This document shows, piece by piece, positions 7,800 to 16,600 of a stretch of DNA of 56,378 nt. The first letter of the stretch is position 1, and each line of letters starts with the position of its first letter. The notes beneath the pieces were generated by a model. It was not told the origin of the DNA, did no database searches, and was given only the letters and a program-made list of their open reading frames with translations. Position numbers and translations under genes: made by a program. The stretch is from a virus (lineage: Duplodnaviria > Caudoviricetes): positions 1-56,378 of the IMG/VR virus record IMGVR_UViG_3300017779_000007; one strand, written 5' to 3'.

Positions 7800-7855
7800 T
7801 CTTGATACACTGCCCCCTCCAATCGGAGGGGGTAGTAATCAGGAATCAGCCTGAA
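7800..7855 (+). ncRNA. Structured intergenic element, family 2, copy C
   Basis: Near-identical to copy B; differences fall in loops or keep G-U pairing. Confidence 0.7.
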
Positions 7856-7873
7856 CTTAAACCCTAAAAATAA

Positions 7874-8386
7874 ATGAGAGAAATAATCGAAGTAAAAGGG
7901 AACTGCACCCTCAAAAAGCAGGGAGGTCGCTACGTCATGACTAACGACTCAACAGGTGCTTGTCATAGCATCTCGGCCCGACCGGACATCAGCCCTCTTA
8001 AGAGGCTGGTGGCCCACTGGGAATCGTTCCTCAAATTACAACTCGATGGAATCGAGTTAAAAGACCTGAACGCTTCCACTCTGAAGGAAGCGTTGAGAGA
8101 GGCAAAGATGGTCGCCCTCGATAACGGAGACGGTGGGGACTACTGCCAGACGGCGGGACAACTCGTCCTTGTAGACTCAGACGGTGAGCGGATCGGTGGG
8201 GGGCCAAGCGTCTACTTTGACGGTCAACCTAAATTGCGAGACATCCGCGAGCTGTTTGAAGACCACCCCAAAGCCGTGACCGTGTCTGTCGAAGGACAAA
8301 CCCGCTGGTATGGTGAGGGGAACGCTGCCCAGCGTTTCGAGGACTCCGAGATCTGCGACTGGTGGGTATTGAACATCGTCCGATAA
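7874..8386 (+). CDS. Early hypothetical protein (170 aa)
   Basis: ORF with A-rich leader. Confidence 0.75.
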   Translation: MREIIEVKGNCTLKKQGGRYVMTNDSTGACHSISARPDISPLKRLVAHWESFLKLQLDGIELKDLNASTLKEALREAKMVALDNGDGGDYCQTAGQLVLVDSDGERIGGGPSVYFDGQPKLRDIRELFEDHPKAVTVSVEGQTRWYGEGNAAQRFEDSEICDWWVLNIVR

Positions 8387-8406
8387 CTTTAACCCTAAAA
8401 CTAAAT

Positions 8407-8634
8407 ATGTATAAGTATACCACAACTGAGCTTCAATCGCTCCCACCGTCATTCGGCGGCAATAATGATTACGGTTGCGAGACCGTCACCTGCTTCTCGC
8501 CTTCTCCTAAGAAGGCGGTAGCGATGGAGGGAACCATCACCCGCTCCCGTGAGGGAGTCGAGGGCGTTCCCGTCCTCCTGAATGCGACCCTAGTCGCCCC
8601 CAACGGTCGAGTCGTTTTCGACCGTTGGGATTAA
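8407..8634 (+). CDS. Early hypothetical protein (75 aa from ATG 8407)
   Basis: ORF track 8362..8634; the internal ATG avoids overlap with the upstream gene. Confidence 0.6.
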   Translation: MYKYTTTELQSLPPSFGGNNDYGCETVTCFSPSPKKAVAMEGTITRSREGVEGVPVLLNATLVAPNGRVVFDRWD

Positions 8635-8651
8635 CCAACAACTAAGCCAGT

Positions 8652-8915
8652 ATGAAAACCGAACAATGCCAAGCCTTTTGGCGAAACAAAAAAGGCGCGT
8701 GTTGCTTGGCCACCTTCCCATCATCCGAGCTTCCTGAGTTTGTGATGAAACGGTGGCGGCAGCGTCAGGAGTGCGATGTTTACTACGTCAAAGATCAAGA
8801 GATTCCGCTTGATGAACACGGTTATCGGGACATCGAATACCGTGCCGGAAAAGTATGGAAGCTCGACGATGGGAGTGATCGTTGGGACTATTACTACGAC
8901 TTCGATGAACCCTGA
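8652..8915 (+). CDS. Early hypothetical protein (87 aa)
   Basis: ORF; stop lies within the first CCCTGAA unit. Confidence 0.7.
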   Translation: MKTEQCQAFWRNKKGACCLATFPSSELPEFVMKRWRQRQECDVYYVKDQEIPLDEHGYRDIEYRAGKVWKLDDGSDRWDYYYDFDEP

Positions 8916-8931
8916 ACCCTGAACCCTGAAC

Positions 8932-8998
8932 CCTGAACCAGTGCGCCCTGTAGATGATACAGGGCGCACCATTCAGGAGTCATGAAGACTCTTATGAA
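8932..8998 (+). ncRNA. Structured intergenic element, family 2, copy D
   Basis: CCTGAA-cca-GTGCGCCCTGTA-gatga-TACAGGGCGCAC-ca-TTCAGG then hairpin GAGTC-atgaa-GACTC..TGAA. Confidence 0.7.
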
Positions 8999-9641
8999 CA
9001 AGAATAAAACTGTGAAAAAAATAAAAGAATACCCCGAAGGGGACATAATCGAGTCCGCACCTGTAAGGTCTGGCCGGACTGAGTTGGAATACTACAAACT
9101 ACACCTATGGGCATATTCCGATGGAACATACACCATTGGTGATGATGACGGTGACCATGAGGAAGCTGATAAAGAGGATGTGGAGGAGTTCTTGAGGCTA
9201 TCGCCTCAACGACACAGGGCGTATGATGACTACGTTGCCGAGACCGGAGAAGACCCCTGCGAATTATACTTCGTTGCTCGAAAGCGTGAGGTCAATCAAC
9301 GTGTGGAGTTACACCTGCAAAACTACGTAGGGGCATCCGAGTTTGGATTGCGCCTAAGAAAGGTAACGCTCCCCAACGGTGAGGATATTACACCCGCCCA
9401 ATGCCTCGCCGATCACCCAAAATTGGCTGAGTTTATTGAGCTTAAAAAACAGGAGTCGGGACACTTCATCTTGGATGAGGTAAACGAGCAGGTGCTTCGG
9501 GAATGCCCCGAAGTAGAGGAGTGGCAGGATTATCTCAGCACCGTGTTCGTGAATGCTGTCTGGGATGAGCCGATCCCTGAAGAGGAACTGCGCGTCACGC
9601 TCCGAGAGAAGGCGAAAAAATCACTAGAAAGTAACCGATAA
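8982..9641 (+). CDS. Acidic early hypothetical protein (219 aa)
   Basis: ORF track; start uncertain (8982/8994/9012). Confidence 0.75.
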   Translation: MKTLMNKNKTVKKIKEYPEGDIIESAPVRSGRTELEYYKLHLWAYSDGTYTIGDDDGDHEEADKEDVEEFLRLSPQRHRAYDDYVAETGEDPCELYFVARKREVNQRVELHLQNYVGASEFGLRLRKVTLPNGEDITPAQCLADHPKLAEFIELKKQESGHFILDEVNEQVLRECPEVEEWQDYLSTVFVNAVWDEPIPEEELRVTLREKAKKSLESNR

Positions 9642-9657
9642 GCAATAAACCAAGATT

Positions 9658-9831
9658 ATGATTAAAGAAAAATACCTAGTGACAATATATCAAGAAACTT
9701 ACACTACTGTTGAAGTGGAAGCAAACGATAAGCATGAAGCAGAAGACCTTGCTCTTATGGGAGAAGGCAAAGTTGATGACGTTACGATCAAAGATTCAGA
9801 AGTGATAACCAATAAACCAATAAACCAATGA
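9658..9831 (+). CDS. Small protein (57 aa), DpnD/PcfM-like pattern
   Basis: MIKEKYLVTIYQETYTTVEVEANDKHEAEDLA...; not in ORF track; ATGA overlap with next gene. Confidence 0.6.
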   Translation: MIKEKYLVTIYQETYTTVEVEANDKHEAEDLALMGEGKVDDVTIKDSEVITNKPINQ

Positions 9832-9950
9832 GCAAAACTCAGTTAGTAATCGCGTCCACGATCTTTCTCGTTGCCGTGTATTCAATCCACGCCGTCGGTG
9901 GCATCGATACCATCGTCCGACGACTAATCTCCACGATATTTGAACTATGA
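9828..9950 (+). CDS. Small membrane protein (40 aa)
   Basis: MSKTQLVIASTIFLVAVYSIHAVGGIDTIVRRLISTIFEL; ATGA overlaps on both sides. Confidence 0.6.
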   Translation: MSKTQLVIASTIFLVAVYSIHAVGGIDTIVRRLISTIFEL

Positions 9951-10090
9951 ATTATTTAGAAATCGTCGGAGTTATATTAGCCACGCCTCTGATCGTCATA
10001 GTCATCGCCGCGAGCATGATCAAGTCGGAAGCTCGCCGGATCGAGAAACTGAAGCAGCGTGCCGATAGGAAGAAAGGGAGGCGTTCATGA
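9947..10090 (+). CDS. Small membrane protein with basic tail (47 aa)
   Basis: MNYLEIVGVILATPLIVIVIAASMIKSEARRIEKLKQRADRKKGRRS; ATGA overlaps on both sides. Confidence 0.65.
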   Translation: MNYLEIVGVILATPLIVIVIAASMIKSEARRIEKLKQRADRKKGRRS

Positions 10091-10527
10091 TCTACTTCAC
10101 CGACACCGACCCCGACGAGGCAGCGAGCAATCTCTGCGACCGTCACCTGCGAAAGACCGTGAGATTCACCCAAAAAGTGTTCTCGGAAGCCGCTGAGAAT
10201 CGCACACAGCATCGCGACCCGTATGTCCGGTGGGGCTGTTCAAGTCTCACGAACTTAAAATGGGTCGTTGAACATGGAAACGCATCGGCTCATGAGCTTT
10301 ACTATCGATTCCACAAACCCGTCCGAATCGAAGACAGCCTGCCTTTGATCAGGGCCAGAGAGATGATGGACTCTCTGGCCCTCCCGCCCGTAGACCCCGA
10401 CCATATCTTCTTTCCTGATGAAATAGATAAGGTTAGGGAGTTTTACCGTTTAAAGGTTTTTCCAAAATCGAGATGGACAAGGCGATATCCGCCTGATTGG
10501 ATGCACCCGTCACTTCTGGTGAAGTGA
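10087..10527 (+). CDS. Pyrimidine-dimer DNA glycosylase/endonuclease V-like protein (divergent)
   Basis: M.YF.D.DP..AA..LCDRH..K, H..P...W...S..N..W...H......E...RF.K, YR.FY-like and WT.R..P.W tail. Confidence 0.65.
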   Translation: MIYFTDTDPDEAASNLCDRHLRKTVRFTQKVFSEAAENRTQHRDPYVRWGCSSLTNLKWVVEHGNASAHELYYRFHKPVRIEDSLPLIRAREMMDSLALPPVDPDHIFFPDEIDKVREFYRLKVFPKSRWTRRYPPDWMHPSLLVK

Positions 10528-10545
10528 CTTGTTTATTCATAGCAC

Positions 10546-10580
10546 AAGGAGGTAGGGAGAAATCCCTGCCTCCTTTTTTT
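10546..10580 (+). terminator. Intrinsic terminator of early region
   Basis: GGAGGTAGGGA-GAAA-TCCCTGCCTCC followed by T7. Confidence 0.85.
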
Positions 10581-10652
10581 GTGCCTAGAAATAAGTGGGA
10601 AAAACCGCCCAGAAATCCCCCACTTACTATCATAGTTTAATCCACGCAAGCT

Positions 10653-13600
10653 CTACTCAGATTCTGTAATAGGCCGGACAGGAATGTAGCGGTTGAGCTT
10701 TGAGGCGTGGTCGTAGACCTGCTGCGCTCGCGCCCTACCATATTCATCAGTCCTTGGGTCGAGCAGACCCTCGATAATGTATTTGAACGACGGCTTGTCC
10801 ATGTAACCTTTACTCAGTAGAGCGACCCGATCTCGACCCAGCTTCTTATCCTTCATCCCCTTGAGGAGGTCGGTGTTAGTGAGTCCGAGAGAGGCGAACC
10901 CTTTATTGATCCGCATCAGTTCGTAGTTAAGGAGGCGTCGATCCTCGATGTTCTCATCGATGATGTCCGCTACATCTCCGTCGCTCATCGGGACGTTACG
11001 CTTCACCGCGTTGAGTCCGCTCTTCACGTTGTTGTATCGCTTGTTTAGATCCAGCAGGTATCGCGAATACTGTTTCTGGAGATCAACATCATGAACACGC
11101 GCAGGCATCGCGCCGTCCATAATCTCAAGAGTCATGCCCTTCAGAGATCCGGTTGACCAGCCCTCGACAAAATCTTTACCAAGTCGCGGAGCGTATGCCT
11201 CCTTGGCGATGTAACCTAAGATCTTCGATCCAGCTTCCACCGGACCATCGGCCCCCTTATTCCAAATTGGTTTACCCGTTGACGGGTTAAGGTTTCGGCG
11301 AGCCTCAGACACTGCTCCCGCGAGAATCTGATCGTCTAAGTATTGATCCCTCACCAAGCCTAGCGCGAGAGCGGCTCCCGCTTCGGTGAACTCACCGCTG
11401 CGGATGTTCTCATACGCTCGCAGGAATGGATCGACCAGTAGCGAGTATGGATTAACGTAAGTAAGGTCAACCGACTTCAGCTCACCGTTCCATCTGTAAT
11501 AGAAGAACGTATGCCCTCTGAGGTAATCTGGAATGGATGCACGCATGGCCTCGTCCTCCTCATCTCCGATGCCCGAAAGAGCAGCGAGGATCATAGGAAG
11601 AGCGGAAGAAAGAACTCCTATCGTTCCGGTCATCCAGATCATTCTAGTTTTACCTCTCCGAACCAGAACAGGATTGCCGCTGGCGATCTCCTCACTGGCG
11701 AGCTTGTACGTGTTGATCACGATTCGCGGAACCTCCATCTTGAATCGGATGAACGGGGCGAACAGCAGGCCGAGGCCAGACTTCGTGTATGCTGCGACGG
11801 CTGGCGGTGCTTGGCTGTATGCCTGTGAGGTCATGACTACCTTGCGAGCGGCCAGACGCTTGATCTGCGTGTCGCTCATATTGGCTAGGTTGTTGACCCT
11901 CACTTTGCCGTCCTCGACCGTGCTTGTGTCGGCGGCTTGGGCTTCCTTCAGAATTGCCAACTCATGGTTGTAGTAGGCGACCTTGTAGGCGGCGTCGAGA
12001 GCGGCGGATAAATCCTGTGCCTTCTTCTCAATTATCGCTAGAGCCTTAGTGGCTTTATTGAGTTTCGTCTTTTCACCTAAGTCTTCGATCTGCTTCCTGA
12101 TGCCGTCGGGTGTTATCCTACCGTTCAGGAGGTCTCTCATAACTCCGGCGCGGAGTTCGTCGCCCTTGATATTCAGGCCGATAAGCTCATTAAGCTCTGG
12201 GTCAATCTCACCTTCGTTAAATGGGTTTAACACGCCGAAAGTCCCTTTCGCCATTTCAGCGATCATCTTATCGTAGCGGAGAAATCCCTGTGAGGTTCCG
12301 AACAATAAGTTACCGATTCCGTTTCGTAAGTAGAATCCGATGGAGCCTAGAGTCTTAGCTGCCATTGCCTTACCGCTCAGGTTAGCGGCTAAACCAACAG
12401 CTCCCTTAACAGCCTTCTCCGCTGTGTCGGCGTAATCCATCGAGAAGGAGTCATTGAGCGTAGTATCCAGAAGCTTTTTGAATTCAGGATCTACCTGCAT
12501 TCCTGAGAGGGGGTCGTTCTTACTCGGCGCACCCGATCTGGCGGCGACGAAGTTAGCATACTTGACGCGGTTCTCTTTGGTAGCGAGCTTCTCTTCCACC
12601 GTGACCATGACGCCCGTTTCCTTGCCGAATGCCACCAGTTGGTTCAGGAATGCCTGCTGCGAAGCGAGTGTCGCGACGGTCGAGTAAGTCCGAAGAATCA
12701 AATCAGTGCCAGCCTCCGACCCGATTTCGCCGAGAAGATTTCGGATCTCCACCGGCAAATCTTTGCGTCTTTTCAGGTTGTCCTCGATCATCTTGTAATG
12801 TTTAGGCGAAGCAGTCGTCGAGTCTCTGCCTCCTTCGTCATACCGCATCAAGAAAGTGTTAAGCACCTCTTGCGCGTATGATTTATGTGGGTAGCTTTGG
12901 TTCTCTTTTTCGAGGAGTATACGAGCTTCAACCTCGGCACGCGACTTGTCCATGCCGCCCTCAACCAGCTCCTCAAACTTCTTATCTTTAAACTGTTTAT
13001 TAAAGAACCTCATAGCCTCGTCCCTCACAACTTGATAATTGGGATCTTCCCTCACCTTCTGGAGGTAAGACGAGTCGGTGAACATCTTATAACTACGGGT
13101 AATGTAGACTCCTCCGGTCTCAGAGATCTTGACTCCAATATTATCGTCAAGGCCCGACTTAACGAGTTTCTTCTGCAACGGGATGATCAGCCTCTGCCGT
13201 ATGTCGATAATGTGAGCGGCAAGCTTCGGAGATTCCTTAGCGAGTTCTCTCAGAGCGGCGTCGCGGTCAGCTTCCCTAGAAGTGATAGCCTCTTCGTAAG
13301 CTTTATCGGTGGCCTCAGTTCTCGCATTATGGGCGAGTCCCTTTAGGGAGTCAGCTTCTTCCTCAGTGATTAAGCCTACTTTGCGCTTCTTCTCTGCGTC
13401 GGCGTGCGCGGCTTCGTAATCTTTATCAATATCTTTAAGAACTTCCTCAGTGACTATGTTACCTGTGTAGTGTCCCTGCGCGAGAGCGATCAAATCCATC
13501 GGCGCGTATTCGTAACCGCCGTAGTTTTCCTCAATGAGTTTATCCATCTCCTGTTTATAGGCGACGACGTTAGCCTCAGTAAGTCTCTTGTAAGCGTCTC

Positions 13601-16600
13601 GGTTCTGGATTAATCGGCGGAAGGCTTCTGGAAGCTCGCCAGCGAACACCTTATTCAGGAACTCCATGATGAAGTTCTGTGGCTTTCCGGTCTCCAGCTC
13701 GTATACAGGAATCTCAAGGAGATCGACCACTGCGGCGAAGTTTATGGTCGAACCTGTCGGCTTGCTGGACGGAGCGGCTGCGGCTGCGGTGGGGGCTGAA
13801 TACAGAGGTAGTTTTACGGTCTCAACTCCCTCGTCCGCTTTTCTAAATATAAGTTCGCGTTGAGAAACACCAACGGACGGTGGGAAGATGCTGTCTTCCT
13901 CCGATTTTTTAATTGGGTCTGTGTTGCCGTCATATGGATCGGCTGCTTTTTTGGGGTTAGGTTTCTTAGCCGAGTAAACTACGTCTTTCCACAGGTTGGA
14001 CTCACTCAGAACGTGGACTACAGGTGTCTCACCCGAAGTGCTGCGTATAGAATACGGGTATGAGTCATGGAAGTCAGTCTCGACGGCTTCGACCTCTCCC
14101 TTCATCGAGAGAACAGCGTATACCCGCCCAGAGGCTTTCTTATCCATTTGCTGAAATTGCTGGAAGGTCTTGACCAGAGGCTCTGCAAAAAGATCTGCCA
14201 TGCCCTGCATGACTGATGCCATTTTGAGGTTACCTGTAGGTATTAAAGATTTATTGTATAGGTTCTTGTCACCAGCCAGAAGGTTAGCTATGTTCAAAGC
14301 CTGATTTTTCTTTTTATCGAAAGCAGCTTTTTCCTTTGGGTTGAACTTCTTCTGAACTTCCGCTGTAGGCAGTTTCATGCTGTCAGCTATTGCTGACGCT
14401 ATCTGAGCGACAAAGGAACCGCGTTGTGGGAACACTGACTCTTCAGGGAGGAGATTCTTTTTCATCTCCTCTATGTTTTTAGCCAGTCCGTCTTTCAGCT
14501 TCAGTTTCCTTGAAAATTCTTTGATGGTGGTCGTCTCGACTCCTGTATCTTTGTCTTTCTTTTTAAGAACTAATCTCTCTTTACTGGCGTTAACAATAGC
14601 ACGGTTTACGACCGCCTCAGTGATCCCATACTTCTTGGGGTTCTTGGCTAGAGTGGCGAACAGGTTGACCGCTCCCGTAGCCATTGTTGTGGAGCTAAAC
14701 ATCTTCTCGATGGGAGCGGACGTGAGAGCCATCAGAATAGTTCCGTTGTTGCGCTTGGATATCTTGTTAAGGTTTTCCGCCATGTTCACGGCGGCGTCCT
14801 TGGTAGATGCCCAGAAATACCCTTGGTCACCGAACATGACTGGGTAGTAAACACCTCCCTTGCCGTCTACGACCTTATCGCCCTCGACCTCCAGTGTGCC
14901 TGCCATCGCGCCGTCAGGTTGGTGGAGCATGACGGCCATTCCCTCAAACTGGTCGAGGGATTGCTGTATCTTAATGTATCCGTTCTTGATCTTCTCGTAA
15001 AACTTCCCGTCCTCTTTGACGTAGATATGTTTAACTATGGGGTCACTCGCACTGGCGATTTCTGGTGGGATCTCGGCGGGTGTAGTAGCACCAGCCACCG
15101 GAGCAGAGTAAAGGATACTGCTTTTACTTTCATCGAACCGCTGGCTAAGTGGGATCACGTTGCCGTTAGCGTCACGGGTGATAGGGTCTGCGGATTTGAG
15201 TTGATCGGGTGACCTTACGACAAGGTGTTCCGTGTCGTGAAAACTGAACGCTTCCTCCAAGTCCTCATAGGTTGTTATGGTCTCGTTCGGGTTGTTCTCA
15301 AGGTAGAGTTCCGCGCCCCCGAGAGCAGAGTCCTTTTTTATCACGAAGTAACCGGATCGTTCATTTTGTCCATCTAGCGACACAGGCTCCCCTTGGTCAA
15401 AATCCCGCTGCTGCTTCTGGGTAGGGAACCCAGCAGGTTCACTAAACACAACCGTATCGAACCCAGAAGGGAAGCCATCCGTCTCCTCTCCACGAGCCAC
15501 CATTTGTTGTGCTGTAACTCGATCAATGGTTCGTCCTTTCTTGACGAAAAGGTCGAGAACCTTGTTGTCGGTCCGCTGATATCTATAGGACGAAAATGTG
15601 TCGGCTTCATTCGATACATGAAAACCGCGAATATTGGTGTCTGGATCAAACTCAGGGATCTCGCCTCGGTCGAATGCGTCGAAGGTTGCTCCAGTTGCGT
15701 GTTTAGTGCGGGTTTCATACCCCGCTGCCTTAGCGCGTCGTTCCACCATCGTCCTCAACTCAAGCCAGTTCTTCTCAGGATCTTTGGCAAGCTCTAGATA
15801 CTCAACGTCTTCTACCGGAGCAGACGCTAAACCAACGAAGTCCTGATTAACGACCTCAAACATTTGGAAAACTTCCGTCGGGTTCTTGGTATCGAACGCC
15901 ATCTTCGTAGGCTGACGGACGAACCCAGCTTCGATAGCTCGCATCTCAATAATCAACTTATTGAGGGCAACATCTGCTGCGGGTCCGATCTGTTCACGCT
16001 TGGCGACCCATCGGTTGATGATCCCCCTAAAGTAACGACCTAGAATTTTAAGTAAGGAAGGCTTGGATTTCCAGAATTGGTTATCATCCTCGGTAGTAAA
16101 GCCCCGTGTGACCTTCTGGAAGTGCATACGAAGTTTCTCTTGTGCCAACCCATACTTAGCTTTTGCGACCACTTGAGGGTCTGACGACTGAAGGCTCACT
16201 ATCGCAGCCGCAAGTCTTGGTTCGTTTCCGACATGGTATTCTTTAGCGATGTCCACGAAGTCCGAGTCAGAAAGACTGTTGATGTAATTCTGAACCTCTC
16301 CGTCGGTCATGGAACTCCAACTGGCACTATGCACTAACTCCTCGTTGATTATAACACCAGCGATTGCGCGTCCGGCGATGTCCCCAACGCCGCCTGTCTG
16401 GCTCAACATAAGAGGGAGGTTGATATATACCGCTGAAGAATCAGACTGCACAAAAGAAGAACTTCCATCGGACTCAGTAACAAATTCTAGTTCCATGCCG
16501 AATGGAATCAGACCTCTGAGATAATTCAGTAGGGGTAATGCTTTAGAGCGGTCTTCCTCTGGGATAAGTGAGAGGAATTTTTCGCGCTCTACCTCGTCTT

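Noticed and set aside
6411-8998. Hammerhead ribozymes or intrinsic terminators for family 2 elements
   Set aside because: CUGANGA core is absent and no U tract follows the stems
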